Source of the DNA: an uncultured Cryomorphaceae bacterium
GTDB taxonomy: Bacteria > Bacteroidota > Bacteroidia > Flavobacteriales > UBA7430
NCBI GenBank assembly: GCA_964516765.1
Contig: CAZEWZ010000003.1
Location: 78,692-142,691 of the forward strand
Direction: 5' to 3'
Length of the DNA: 64,000 bases
Shown here one piece after another: positions 50,492-59,949 of this stretch. The translations under genes were made by a program, and so were the position numbers. Each line of letters opens with the position of its first letter. Within the stretch, counting starts at the first letter, position 1. The notes below the pieces were generated by a model, which did no database searches, was not told the origin of the DNA, and saw only the letters and a list, made by a program, of their open reading frames with translations.

Positions 50492-51244
50492 TTATTTGAG
50501 TCCTTTGTTGATAATCCAAAGTTTGATGTACCTAATGAAAATGGTGTAGGCGTAAAAACTCGCAATAAAAAAGCCTTGAAATCCATCTAAAAATCCCCGT
50601 CTGAATAAGTAATGATTCCAAAATCTATAAGAAGATTTCCCCAAGATTAAAAAAAATGAAAATTTCTTATTTTTGTTGGCTAACATTTGAGCTTGAAGTT
50701 GAGCAACTTTATTTTTTTTTCGAATGAAGGAATCAAAGTCCTTGTAGGTGAAATGATCGAGCTTGTTCTTTAGAAAGCCAACTTTCTTGGGAAGGACAAT
50801 TTCTTCATGAACTAATCGCCCATTGTATCTGCATGAATCTCTGTCTATAAGACGAATTACCTTGTCGTTTTGCCAGCCACTGTATTTTATTTCTCGACCC
50901 AATAAATAATTCCTTCTGTATACCCAATAGGCCTTATTTCTTGGATCTTGGCAAACCAGCTTTAATATTTCTTTTTTCAATGCTTCTCCCACACGTTCAT
51001 CAGCATCTAACAAAATAATCCATTTATGTTTTGCTTTTTCAATCGCATAATTTTTCTGGCTAGAGAAATCATCGAATATTCGGGACAGTATTCGAGCACC
51101 TAATTTTTTAGCGATGGAAATAGTTTTGTCCGAACTGAATGAATCGATGACTATAATTTCATCTGCAAATGAAACAGATGTAATGGCTGCCTCAATATTC
51201 TCCTCTTCATTGAAAGTTGGTATGATGACAGATAATTTATACAT
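50492..51244 (-). CDS. Family 2 glycosyltransferase
   Basis: LSVIIPTFNEEENI and LLDADE (DxD) motifs. I prefer the internal ATG at 51244. Confidence 0.85.
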   Translation of the reverse strand: MYKLSVIIPTFNEEENIEAAITSVSFADEIIVIDSFSSDKTISIAKKLGARILSRIFDDFSSQKNYAIEKAKHKWIILLDADERVGEALKKEILKLVCQDPRNKAYWVYRRNYLLGREIKYSGWQNDKVIRLIDRDSCRYNGRLVHEEIVLPKKVGFLKNKLDHFTYKDFDSFIRKKNKVAQLQAQMLANKNKKFSFFLILGKSSYRFWNHYLFRRGFLDGFQGFFIASFYAYTIFIRYIKLWIINKGLK

Positions 51245-51273
51245 ATTATTTTTGGTAATTAACAATCTTATGA

Positions 51274-51281
51274 CAAAAATA
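51274..51281 (-). promoter_or_regulatory. TAnnTTTG box for the GT2-TagF-like-tsaC-cca... gene run
   Basis: Reverse complement reads TATTTTTG, 29 nt before the ATG at 51244. Confidence 0.35.
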
Positions 51282-51371
51282 TCATTTTTATGCATATTAA
51301 TGCTACCGATTTCACTTTTATAGAAAGTGACATATTCATCATATTCGTAAATGTTAATTGATTATAAATTG

Positions 51372-51379
51372 TAAATTTG
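51372..51379 (+). promoter_or_regulatory. TAnnTTTG box for licD
   Basis: TAAATTTG, 24 nt before the ATG at 51404. Confidence 0.4.
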
Positions 51380-51403
51380 TTCCGCATTTTTAAAAAGAAT
51401 TTC

Positions 51404-52003
51404 ATGCTTAAATTAAATGTTAAAAATATTGTCAAAGCACGAAACATGTTGTTTCGTGTCACAAATTTTTTAGACCGTCATGAAATTAAGTATTTTTTGG
51501 AGGGTGGGACACTACTTGGGATTGTAAGAGATGGAGATCTTTTGCCATGGGATCATGATGTAGATATTTCAATTTCTTCTGAAGATGCATTAAAATTTGA
51601 TAGCTTGCGTTGGAAGTTTTTTTTCAATGGATATAGGATCACATGCCGAAAAGGAATTCAATCTTATGGGCCAATCAAACTAAACGATTATAGAATTTTT
51701 AAAATGAAACCCTTGGGTTTTTCATTTTTTAAGATGTTTTACCCTCCCTTGGCTGAGAAAATGGTTATTGTTGATGTATTTGTAAAAACAGATGATCATT
51801 TTCATACATACTGGCAATCTATGGGCAAAATTTTGCGGGTTGACAAGTCTCATTACCAATCTCAAGAAAAAATAGTATTTCGAGGCAAAACTTTATCAGT
51901 ACCCGCAAATTACAGGGACTATTTGACCGCTAAGTATGGAGATTGGAGTATCCCCGTAAAAGAATGGTTATGTAAAGATGACGAAAAAGCAATTATTCGT
52001 TAA
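51404..52003 (+). CDS. licD: LicD-family phosphotransferase (phosphocholine/phospho-alcohol transfer to glycans)
   Basis: YFLEGGTLLGIVRDGDLLPWDHDVDI motif. The ORF-track TTG start lies inside a TAAATTTG box, so I prefer the ATG at 51404. Confidence 0.7.
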   Translation: MLKLNVKNIVKARNMLFRVTNFLDRHEIKYFLEGGTLLGIVRDGDLLPWDHDVDISISSEDALKFDSLRWKFFFNGYRITCRKGIQSYGPIKLNDYRIFKMKPLGFSFFKMFYPPLAEKMVIVDVFVKTDDHFHTYWQSMGKILRVDKSHYQSQEKIVFRGKTLSVPANYRDYLTAKYGDWSIPVKEWLCKDDEKAIIR

Positions 52004-52006
52004 TAT

Positions 52007-52822
52007 TTAAACGGCCATTTTAAAATTTCTTAATGCCTCATTTAGAGAAGTTTTCTTATCGGTGCTATCTTTTCTTTTTCCAATAATTAGTGCACAAGGT
52101 ACCTGGAATTCTCCTGCAGGAAAACTTTTAGTATAACTTCCCGGAATAACCACGGATCTTTCTGGTATTACACCATTTAGCTTAATAGCCTGCTTACCGC
52201 TCACATCAATTATTTTTGTGGATGCAGTCAAAACAACATTAGCGCCTAGAACTGCTTCTTTTTCGATTCTAATTCCTTCAACGATAATGCACCTCGAACC
52301 AATAAATGCATCGTCCTCGATAATGACAGGAGCAGCCTGAAGAGGTTCTAAAACGCCTCCTATTCCCACTCCACCGCTGAGGTGGACATTTTCTCCAATC
52401 TGCGCACATGAGCCTACAGTCGCCCATGTGTCAACCATGGTTCCAGACCCAACATGAGCTCCTATATTGATGTAGGATGGCATCATAATTACTCCAGGAG
52501 CCACAAACGCTCCATATCTTGCGATGGCATGAGGGACCACACGGACTCCTAATTCCGCATACTTTTTCTTCAAATCCATTTTGTCATGAAACTCAAAGGG
52601 ACCTACTTCAATGGTTTTCATTTCTTGAATTGGAAAATATAAAACCACTGCTTTTTTCACCCATTCATTTACCTTCCAACCAAGACTACTTGGTTCAGCG
52701 GTTCTTAGCCTTCCTTTATCCAAGTGTTCCAAAACTTCTCGGATGGCAATTTGAACGGATTTCTCCTTGAGCAAGCTTCGGTCGTCCCAAGCTTTTTCGA
52801 TGATTTTTTTTAAATCTTGCAT
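52007..52822 (-). CDS. dapD: 2,3,4,5-tetrahydropyridine-2,6-dicarboxylate N-succinyltransferase
   Basis: 271 aa with left-handed beta-helix hexapeptide repeats and a DapD-type N-terminal domain. Confidence 0.9.
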   Translation of the reverse strand: MQDLKKIIEKAWDDRSLLKEKSVQIAIREVLEHLDKGRLRTAEPSSLGWKVNEWVKKAVVLYFPIQEMKTIEVGPFEFHDKMDLKKKYAELGVRVVPHAIARYGAFVAPGVIMMPSYINIGAHVGSGTMVDTWATVGSCAQIGENVHLSGGVGIGGVLEPLQAAPVIIEDDAFIGSRCIIVEGIRIEKEAVLGANVVLTASTKIIDVSGKQAIKLNGVIPERSVVIPGSYTKSFPAGEFQVPCALIIGKRKDSTDKKTSLNEALRNFKMAV

Positions 52823-52839
52823 AGTTTTTTAGTCATTCT

Positions 52840-52847
52840 CAAAAATA
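52840..52847 (-). promoter_or_regulatory. TAnnTTTG box for dapD
   Basis: Reverse complement reads TATTTTTG, 17 nt before the ATG at 52822. Confidence 0.45.
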
Positions 52848-52895
52848 AGAATTTATATTTTGGTTTTAAGTACATTTTTTTTTCCAAAATCCCTG

Positions 52896-52903
52896 TATTT
52901 TTG
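52896..52903 (+). promoter_or_regulatory. TAnnTTTG box 4 nt upstream of the RluA-family ATG
   Basis: TATTTTTG-tttg-ATG(52908). Confidence 0.4.
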
Positions 52904-52907
52904 TTTG

Positions 52908-53792
52908 ATGCAATCAAATGATTTTAAGGTGAATATCTCTATCAATAATCAGCGAATTTATGACTATATTTTTGCACAATGTAAATCAGTTTTCCCTTCT
53001 AGGTCGTCTGTAAAAAAAGCTTTTAAAGCCCGTCGAATATATTTAAACGGACATTTGGCTTTGTCTGGAGATTGGGTGGCTGTTGGTGATCTCATACAGA
53101 TTAAACCTTTAATATTTAAGTCTGTCAAGGTCTTTCCTTTAAATCTAGAAGTATTATATGAAGACGAATTTATGGCGCTGGTCAAGAAACCTGCGGGTAT
53201 TGCAGTCAGTGGAAATTTTTACAAAACAATTCAGAATGCTCTGATTCACAATCTGTCTATTTCTCCAGAATCAGATGCGCTTGAAATTCCCCGGCCTGTT
53301 CATCGATTAGATAAAATGACCGCTGGTTTATTAATGGTCGCTAAAACCCGACGAGCACAAAAGTCCTTAGGACTTCAATTAGAAAACCAAAAAATAAGTA
53401 AAACATATATTGCCATTGTAAAAGGCTCTCTTTTGCCCTCTGGTGAAATTAACATTCCCGTAAGAGATTTAAATTCTCTAACATTATTTAAAACACTGCG
53501 TACAGTAAAATCTGCCTCTTATCAAACATTAAGTTTAGTTGAACTTCGTCCTATGACTGGAAGAACACACCAATTGAGAATACATATGTCCGAACTAGGT
53601 TATCCTATCATTGGAGATTTCTTATACGATTCCCATAAGGTTTTAAAGGGAAAGGGCTTGTTTTTATTTGCTTCTAAGATTATTTTTACTCATCCCATCT
53701 CAAAAAAGTCTCTTTCTTTCGAAATACCGATTCCAAATAAGTTTATTCAACTTATTAATCGTGAAAAAAAACGGTGGGTAAAGTTTTGTTAG
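52908..53792 (+). CDS. RluA-family pseudouridine synthase with an S4-like N-terminus
   Basis: HRLDKMTAGLLMVAKT and GRTHQLRIHM motifs. The ATG at 52908 follows a TATTTTTG box. Confidence 0.85.
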   Translation: MQSNDFKVNISINNQRIYDYIFAQCKSVFPSRSSVKKAFKARRIYLNGHLALSGDWVAVGDLIQIKPLIFKSVKVFPLNLEVLYEDEFMALVKKPAGIAVSGNFYKTIQNALIHNLSISPESDALEIPRPVHRLDKMTAGLLMVAKTRRAQKSLGLQLENQKISKTYIAIVKGSLLPSGEINIPVRDLNSLTLFKTLRTVKSASYQTLSLVELRPMTGRTHQLRIHMSELGYPIIGDFLYDSHKVLKGKGLFLFASKIIFTHPISKKSLSFEIPIPNKFIQLINREKKRWVKFC

Positions 53793-53855
53793 CTTTTAGT
53801 AATTATCCTTTTTTTTTATTTTATGTAAGAAGGTGAATCATTGTGATTCAATACT

Positions 53856-53863
53856 TATATTTG
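53856..53863 (+). promoter_or_regulatory. TAnnTTTG box for the ruvX-def operon
   Basis: TATATTTG, 17 nt before the ATG at 53881. Confidence 0.5.
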
Positions 53864-53880
53864 TAATAAATTACAAATTA

Positions 53881-54300
53881 ATGGGAAGGATTATTGCCTT
53901 AGATTACGGGACTAAACGCGTTGGTATTGCCATTACCGATGAACTACAGATAATTGCTTCTGGCCTCTGTACAGTAAATGCTCACGATTGTATTGACTTT
54001 CTCACTAATTATTTTATTAAGGAGTCTGTAGATTTATTGGTGATGGGTCTTCCTAAGGATTTGAAAAATAATTCTACTGATGCAACACCATATGTGAAAG
54101 GTTTTGCCCGGAAGCTAAGAAAAGTATTTCCTACCCTTGACATTCATTATGTTGACGAAAGGTTTACTTCGAAAATGGCTTTTCAAACTTTATTGGACGG
54201 CGGTGTAAAAAAAAAGAATAGAAAAGATAAAGCTTTGATTGATCAGGTCAGTGCTACAATAATTCTGCAGTCATATATGGAGCAAAATAAACTATTTTAA
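53881..54300 (+). CDS. ruvX: Holliday junction resolvase-like nuclease RuvX (YqgF)
   Basis: MGRIIALDYGTKRVGIAITD and DERFTS motifs. The ATG at 53881 lies 17 nt downstream of a TATATTTG box. Confidence 0.9.
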   Translation: MGRIIALDYGTKRVGIAITDELQIIASGLCTVNAHDCIDFLTNYFIKESVDLLVMGLPKDLKNNSTDATPYVKGFARKLRKVFPTLDIHYVDERFTSKMAFQTLLDGGVKKKNRKDKALIDQVSATIILQSYMEQNKLF

Positions 54301-54311
54301 AACGATCAATT

Positions 54312-54884
54312 ATGCTACTACCCATAGTTGCCTACGGTGATCCCATTCTGAAAGAGCATGGATGTTCAATAAACGCTGATTACCCGAATCTAGATGCGCT
54401 AATTAGTAATATGTATGAAACCATGTATAATTCCAAAGGAGTGGGGTTAGCAGCTCATCAGGTAGGTCTTCCTATTCGCTTATTTATTATTGATTGTTCC
54501 CCCTTTAACGAAGAAGAACCAGCTCTTATCAACTTTAAAAAGACTTTTATCAACGCGGAGATACTAAAAGAAGAGGGGGAGGAGTGGTTGTTTAACGAGG
54601 GATGTCTTAGTATTCCTGATATTCGGGAGGAAGTTTCTAGAAAACCAAAGATTAGTTTGCGGTTTTTTGATGAAAAGTTTGTTGAACATACAGAAGTTTA
54701 TGAGGGGATTTCCGCTCGAGTAATTCAGCATGAATTAGACCATACCAATGGAATATTGTTCACAGACTATCTCTCTAGTTTGAGGAAAACTACCCTTAAA
54801 AGAAGATTGAGGGACATTATGACTGGAAATATCAGTCCTGGATATCGCATGCGCTTCCCAAAAATTAAAAAAGGAAAAAAATGA
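54312..54884 (+). CDS. def: Peptide deformylase
   Basis: GVGLAAHQVG, EGCLS and HELDH motifs. Confidence 0.95.
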   Translation: MLLPIVAYGDPILKEHGCSINADYPNLDALISNMYETMYNSKGVGLAAHQVGLPIRLFIIDCSPFNEEEPALINFKKTFINAEILKEEGEEWLFNEGCLSIPDIREEVSRKPKISLRFFDEKFVEHTEVYEGISARVIQHELDHTNGILFTDYLSSLRKTTLKRRLRDIMTGNISPGYRMRFPKIKKGKK

Positions 54885-55378
54885 AATATATTCGATACCT
54901 TCTCTATGTCTCTTTTATGTTTTCTGCTTGTGTCAATGACCAGAAAAAAGCCTTCGATCAGCTGCTTGAAGTTCAAAGTAGACTAATGCAGGTTGAGGAT
55001 GCGATGTCAAATAAAGTTCTAGCAAGGGAAGTTTTAGAGGCATACAGTTTTTTTCTAGATGCATTTCCAGATTCGGAGAATAACGCTGAAATTCTTTTTA
55101 ATTCTGGCCAAGTATATAAAGGTCTAGGCAAAAATCTCAATGCTCTTGAGTGTTTTTATCTAGTTCATTCTAAGTTTCCTGAATCCTCCTGGGCAGCTTT
55201 AGCTTTTTTTCAACAAGCCGATTGTTTTGAGGCGATCGACCAGAGATTAACTGCAAAAAATACTTACGAAGAGTTTATTGAGAGGTATCCAGACCATCCT
55301 TATGAGTCACAGGCAAAAGAAATGATACAAATGTTGTACCTAACGGATGAAGAACTGATTAAACAATTTGAAAAATAA
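54881..55378 (+). CDS. TPR-like lipoprotein (YbgF/BamD-like)
   Basis: Lipobox FMFSAC, 165 aa. The ATG overlaps the def stop (ATGA). Confidence 0.65.
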   Translation: MKYIRYLLYVSFMFSACVNDQKKAFDQLLEVQSRLMQVEDAMSNKVLAREVLEAYSFFLDAFPDSENNAEILFNSGQVYKGLGKNLNALECFYLVHSKFPESSWAALAFFQQADCFEAIDQRLTAKNTYEEFIERYPDHPYESQAKEMIQMLYLTDEELIKQFEK

Positions 55379-56835
55379 TGCGCTTTTCATTTCTATCTAT
55401 TTTTTTGATTATCACTTCGTACATTTTTCCACAAGAGTCTTATTTAGCCCGTTTGAGTCCAAATTATTCCCTTACCGATATTGTACAACAAGGCTTCACT
55501 GTGACCAAAGCTTTTCCAAAAGAATTTCTTTCTAATGATTTTTTAAATTCATTCGTTCGAATACATTGCTCCACAACGATTTCTCTGGATAAACTTGTTG
55601 ATTCTAGTTTGCTTATGTATTGGGAAGAAAAAAGAAAGCAAAGCTTTCATTATGTTCCCTCGGATATTCTTTATTCACAGCAGTGGCATTTAGAGCAAAT
55701 ATCTTCTTCATCCGCTTGGGATATTACCCAAGGTAGTTCCTCTTTTTTCGTTGGAATTATTGACTCAGGTGTTGATTACAATCACGAAGATTTACAAGAA
55801 AATTTGGCTTATAATTATGCAGATCCTATCAATGGAATCGACGATGATCTAGATGGATATATCGATAATTTTTACGGCTGGGATTTTGGTTCAAATGATG
55901 CAGATCCAATGATTGATGGTGCGGGGGGGTTGTCTCACGGATCAACTATTTGTGGTATAGCAGCTTGTTCTACAGATAACCTTCTAGGTACTTCTGCTCC
56001 AGCCTTCTCATGTCAATATCTCCCCGTCAAAGTAACAAATTCAAGTGGTGAGATTATGGATACTAATGAAGGAGTTTTATATGCAGCTATGAAGGGGGCT
56101 AAAGTGATTAATTGTTCTTATGGTTCCAACCAGTTTAGTCAAGCAGAAGCCGACATTATTACCTATGTGACAGAAATTTTAGATGTTTTAGTTGTTGCTT
56201 CTGCGGGAAATGAAGATGCGAATATTCTAGTTTATCCTGCAGCTTTAGATCAAGTTCTTGCAGTTTGTGCTTTAGATCAGGATGATAAAAAGATTTCAAT
56301 TTCAAATTTTGGTTCATATATTGACCTTGGTGCTCCTGGAGAATCAATATACGGACCCTCTTTTCAAGATTCATACGCATATCGAAGTGGAACCTCTGTT
56401 TCTTCTAGTTTAGTATCTGGTGCTGCAATTTTGGTCCGTTCACACTTTCCTGGTGAGTCATGGATTCAGATCAAGAATCGATTGATTTATTCTTCTGACT
56501 CATATCCTATACAGAACGGTTATCAAGGTCTTCTTGGGTATGGTAGATTAAATCTTGCTCGCGCTATTGATGAAAATTACCATGATGCTCAAGTACTTAG
56601 TTTACATCCAAATCCCAGTAATGGGAATTTTGAAGGAAAGTTAAATTTTTTAGAAAGTGGAAATTATCAGATATCTATTTTTGATGTCCTAGGAAAGTTG
56701 TATCATCGTGAATATTTTTATGCTCAGACTGGGGTGTCAAAAATAAAATTTGATTTTGAAAATCTAAAACCTGGTTATTACACAATTAAATTATCAGGTA
56801 AAGTGTCTATTAATAATGTCTTTATAATTTTATAA
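55378..56835 (+). CDS. S8 (subtilisin-family) serine peptidase with a T9SS C-terminal sorting domain
   Basis: Catalytic triad contexts IIDSGVDYNHEDL, HGSTICG and SGTSVSS. The C-terminus LHPNPSNGNF...YYTIKL is typical of type A T9SS sorting domains. The start overlaps the upstream stop (TAATG). Confidence 0.88.
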   Translation: MRFSFLSIFLIITSYIFPQESYLARLSPNYSLTDIVQQGFTVTKAFPKEFLSNDFLNSFVRIHCSTTISLDKLVDSSLLMYWEEKRKQSFHYVPSDILYSQQWHLEQISSSSAWDITQGSSSFFVGIIDSGVDYNHEDLQENLAYNYADPINGIDDDLDGYIDNFYGWDFGSNDADPMIDGAGGLSHGSTICGIAACSTDNLLGTSAPAFSCQYLPVKVTNSSGEIMDTNEGVLYAAMKGAKVINCSYGSNQFSQAEADIITYVTEILDVLVVASAGNEDANILVYPAALDQVLAVCALDQDDKKISISNFGSYIDLGAPGESIYGPSFQDSYAYRSGTSVSSSLVSGAAILVRSHFPGESWIQIKNRLIYSSDSYPIQNGYQGLLGYGRLNLARAIDENYHDAQVLSLHPNPSNGNFEGKLNFLESGNYQISIFDVLGKLYHREYFYAQTGVSKIKFDFENLKPGYYTIKLSGKVSINNVFIIL

Positions 56836-56845
56836 AATTCTCAAT

Positions 56846-57370
56846 ATGAATCTAGAAGGAATTATTGCAATAAGTGGAAAACCAGGACTTTTTAAAATTA
56901 TAGGACAGACAAAAAATGGGGTAGTTGTGGAGAGTCTTCTCAATGCCAATCGTCTGGCGATGTCTTCGTCTTCTAAAATGAGTGCACTTCAAGATATTGC
57001 TATTTACACATACACAGAAGAAATCCCTCTAGTAGAAGTTTTAGATATGATTCGTGTTAAGGAGTCTGGAAAAATTTCTATTGGCCACAAATCTTCTAAA
57101 GATGTATTAATTAGTTATTTTAACGAAGTTCTTAAAAATTTTGATGAAGATAGAGTGTATGTTTCAGATATTAAAAAGGTAATCTCTTGGTACAATACAC
57201 TTCAGAAATCAGGATTTGCTGTTGCTTCTGATCCCTCCAAAACAGATGATGCTATAGAAGAAAATGATGTAAAAAAAGCTGTATCTAAAGTGAAAATAAC
57301 ACCAAAAAGTACTTCTAATTCTAAAGCAAAATCTTCTGCAAAAAAAAAGTCTAAGAAAAAAGATAAATAG
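56846..57370 (+). CDS. DUF5606-like protein with a Lys/Ser-rich C-terminal tail
   Basis: The N-terminus IIAISGKPGLFKIIGQTKNGVVVESL matches my recollection of DUF5606. The tail reads KAKSSAKKKSKKKDK. Confidence 0.6.
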   Translation: MNLEGIIAISGKPGLFKIIGQTKNGVVVESLLNANRLAMSSSSKMSALQDIAIYTYTEEIPLVEVLDMIRVKESGKISIGHKSSKDVLISYFNEVLKNFDEDRVYVSDIKKVISWYNTLQKSGFAVASDPSKTDDAIEENDVKKAVSKVKITPKSTSNSKAKSSAKKKSKKKDK

Positions 57371-57437
57371 TCAGTTTATTTTGGTTTACCCTATTATACA
57401 AACTGATCTTTAAGGGTCTTTTTGTCATTTTTAATGT

Positions 57438-59135
57438 ATGTTTATGAGACACTTTTTACCCAATGATTTAACAGTTTCAGGCTGGGATCAAATCAAATCA
57501 TATTTTGAGGATTTACTAGATAGGAAAATAAATTCTTCAGATGATTTAAAAAAGTGGATGAAGGACCGAAGCGAATTAGAGTCCTTTTTAGAGGAGGATA
57601 TGGCTTGGCGTTATATAAAAATGAATATCGATACTTCAGATATTGATTTACAGAAGTCTTTTCAATTTTTTGTCAATCAAATCTCACCCTATTCTGCGAC
57701 TTACGACCATAAGTTAAATAAGAAAATAAATGAATCTCCTTTTTTAAGTCAATTAGATTCTATTCATTATTTCACTTATTTGCGTTCAGTAAAAAATGAA
57801 ATTCAACTTTATAGAGATGAAAATATTCCTCTTTTTACTGTTTTAACAGAAAAAGCACAAAAGTTTGGCGAAATATCCGCTATGATGACTGTTAATATTC
57901 AAGACAAAGAATTGACTTTGCAACAAGCTTCAGTTTTTTTAAAGGATCCAAACAGAAACTTACGTCAAGAGGTTTTTGAGAAGATTAACTTCAGAAGACA
58001 GCAGGATATTGGTGTTCTAGATGTTCTTCTTGATGAGTTACTTTTTACCCGACAAGAAGTTGCTGCCAATGCAGGGTTTAGTAATTTTAGAGATTATAAA
58101 TTTCAATCGATGGGTCGGTTTGATTATTCCAAAAAAGATTGTTTAGATTTTCATTCTTCTATTGAAAATGAAATTGTACCGCTGATTAAGGAAATGCATA
58201 ATCAAAGAATATCTCAACTAGGACTTTCAACACTAAAACCATGGGATATGCAAGTAGATCCGCAGGGGCTTAGTCCCTTAAAGCCATTTGTTGACGGTGC
58301 TGATTTACTAGAAAAATGTATTAAGTGTTTTGATTCGATACGACCTTATTATGGGGAATGTCTTCGTCAAATGAAATCCATGGGTCATCTTGATTTAGAC
58401 TCAAGAAAGGGAAAAGCTCCTGGAGGGTTTATGTATCCTCTTTTTGAATCCGGTGTCCCCTTTATTTTTATGAATTCTGTTGGACAATTGAGAGATGCTG
58501 TAACGATGATTCACGAAGGAGGTCATGCTGTTCATTCCTTCTATACGAAAGATATGGATTTAGCTGCATTTAAAAGTACACCGTCCGAGGTTGCTGAGCT
58601 TGCATCAATGAGTATGGAACTAATCTCTATGGAGCATTGGAATGTATTTTTTGACAATGAGGAAGACTTGAAACGCGCAAGAATAGAGCAGCTTCATGGA
58701 GTTTTGTCCACACTTCCTTGGGTTGCAATGGTGGACGAGTTCCAACACTGGTTATACGAAAATAAAGACCATAGTCATTTGGAAAGACATAACCAGTGGA
58801 TAAAGATTACAGAAAGATATGGGACTAATTGTATCGATTGGACGGGCTATGAAGAACAGCAAAAAACTTCCTGGCAAAGACAACTCCATATTTATGAAGT
58901 ACCTTTTTACTATATCGAATATGGGATGGCTCAGCTTGGTGCGATTGCAGTATGGAGAAACTATAAGCTATCTCCCGAGAGGGCCCTTGATGCTTTTGAT
59001 AGCGCTCTTCAACTTGGATATACTAAAACGATTGGTGAAATTTATGTGCAAGCAGGTATTCAATTTGATTTCTCGCCCTCATATGTTAAAGAGCTTGCAA
59101 CTTTTGTCAAACAGCAGTTACTTATTCTAGAGTAA
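57438..59135 (+). CDS. M3-family oligoendopeptidase (PepF-like)
   Basis: Zinc motif HEGGHAVH, 565 aa. An alternative start at 57444 is possible. Confidence 0.85.
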   Translation: MFMRHFLPNDLTVSGWDQIKSYFEDLLDRKINSSDDLKKWMKDRSELESFLEEDMAWRYIKMNIDTSDIDLQKSFQFFVNQISPYSATYDHKLNKKINESPFLSQLDSIHYFTYLRSVKNEIQLYRDENIPLFTVLTEKAQKFGEISAMMTVNIQDKELTLQQASVFLKDPNRNLRQEVFEKINFRRQQDIGVLDVLLDELLFTRQEVAANAGFSNFRDYKFQSMGRFDYSKKDCLDFHSSIENEIVPLIKEMHNQRISQLGLSTLKPWDMQVDPQGLSPLKPFVDGADLLEKCIKCFDSIRPYYGECLRQMKSMGHLDLDSRKGKAPGGFMYPLFESGVPFIFMNSVGQLRDAVTMIHEGGHAVHSFYTKDMDLAAFKSTPSEVAELASMSMELISMEHWNVFFDNEEDLKRARIEQLHGVLSTLPWVAMVDEFQHWLYENKDHSHLERHNQWIKITERYGTNCIDWTGYEEQQKTSWQRQLHIYEVPFYYIEYGMAQLGAIAVWRNYKLSPERALDAFDSALQLGYTKTIGEIYVQAGIQFDFSPSYVKELATFVKQQLLILE

Positions 59136-59168
59136 TTTTTATACACATACACATAAAATGATATTTGC

Positions 59169-59948
59169 ATGAATTCAAGAGAAGATAAACTAATTGCCTT
59201 TGGTAGATTGTTGGATGTTATGGACGAATTAAGGGAGAAATGTCCTTGGGATCAAAAGCAAACCTTCGACAGTCTAAGACATCTTACCATTGAGGAAACC
59301 TATGAGTTGTGTGATGCCATATTAGATAATGATATGGGAGAAGTAAAAAAAGAGTTAGGGGACCTTTTACTTCATATTATATTTTATTCCAAAATTGCTT
59401 CTGAAGAAAAATTTTTTGACGTTGCTGATGTTTTGAATGGGATTTGCGATAAATTAATTTTTAGACATCCGCATATTTACAGCGATACTAAAGTTACAAG
59501 CGAAGATGAGGTGAAGAAGAATTGGGAAATGCTAAAATTAAAAGAAAAAGGAATACAGTCTTCCGTCCTTGAGGGAGTTCCCTCTTCTTTACCTTCTTTG
59601 GTGAAAGCTATCCGTATACAAGATAAAGTTCATGGCGTTGGCTTTGAATGGTCGAAACAAGATGAAGTCTGGGCTAAAGTTAAAGAGGAATTACATGAAT
59701 TTGAATATGAGTTGGATCAAAATAATATTTTGAATATGGAAGCTGAATTTGGTGATTTACTTTTTTCCTTGGTCAATTTCGCGCGCCACATTAAAATCAA
59801 CCCTGAAGACGCATTAGAAAGGACAAATAAAAAGTTTAGATCTAGGTTTCAGCTAATGGAAAAATTTATTCATTCAGACAAAAAGAATTTGCCAGATATG
59901 ACTCTTGATCAGATGAATGTTTATTGGAAACAGGCTAAGAATAATTGA
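59169..59948 (+). CDS. mazG: Nucleoside triphosphate pyrophosphohydrolase MazG
   Basis: Two MazG repeats (EETYELCDAI..ELGDLLLHI and EELHEF..EFGDLLFSLVN), 259 aa. Confidence 0.9.
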   Translation: MNSREDKLIAFGRLLDVMDELREKCPWDQKQTFDSLRHLTIEETYELCDAILDNDMGEVKKELGDLLLHIIFYSKIASEEKFFDVADVLNGICDKLIFRHPHIYSDTKVTSEDEVKKNWEMLKLKEKGIQSSVLEGVPSSLPSLVKAIRIQDKVHGVGFEWSKQDEVWAKVKEELHEFEYELDQNNILNMEAEFGDLLFSLVNFARHIKINPEDALERTNKKFRSRFQLMEKFIHSDKKNLPDMTLDQMNVYWKQAKNN

Positions 59949-59949
59949 T

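Noticed and set aside
50484-50586. A 95-nt overlap between ORFs 49453-50586 and 50492-51295, which might suggest programmed frameshifting or nested genes.
   Set aside because: An internal ATG at 50484 gives a TagF-like protein starting MKCILF just 7 nt after the upstream stop. The overlap is an artefact of calling the longest ORF.
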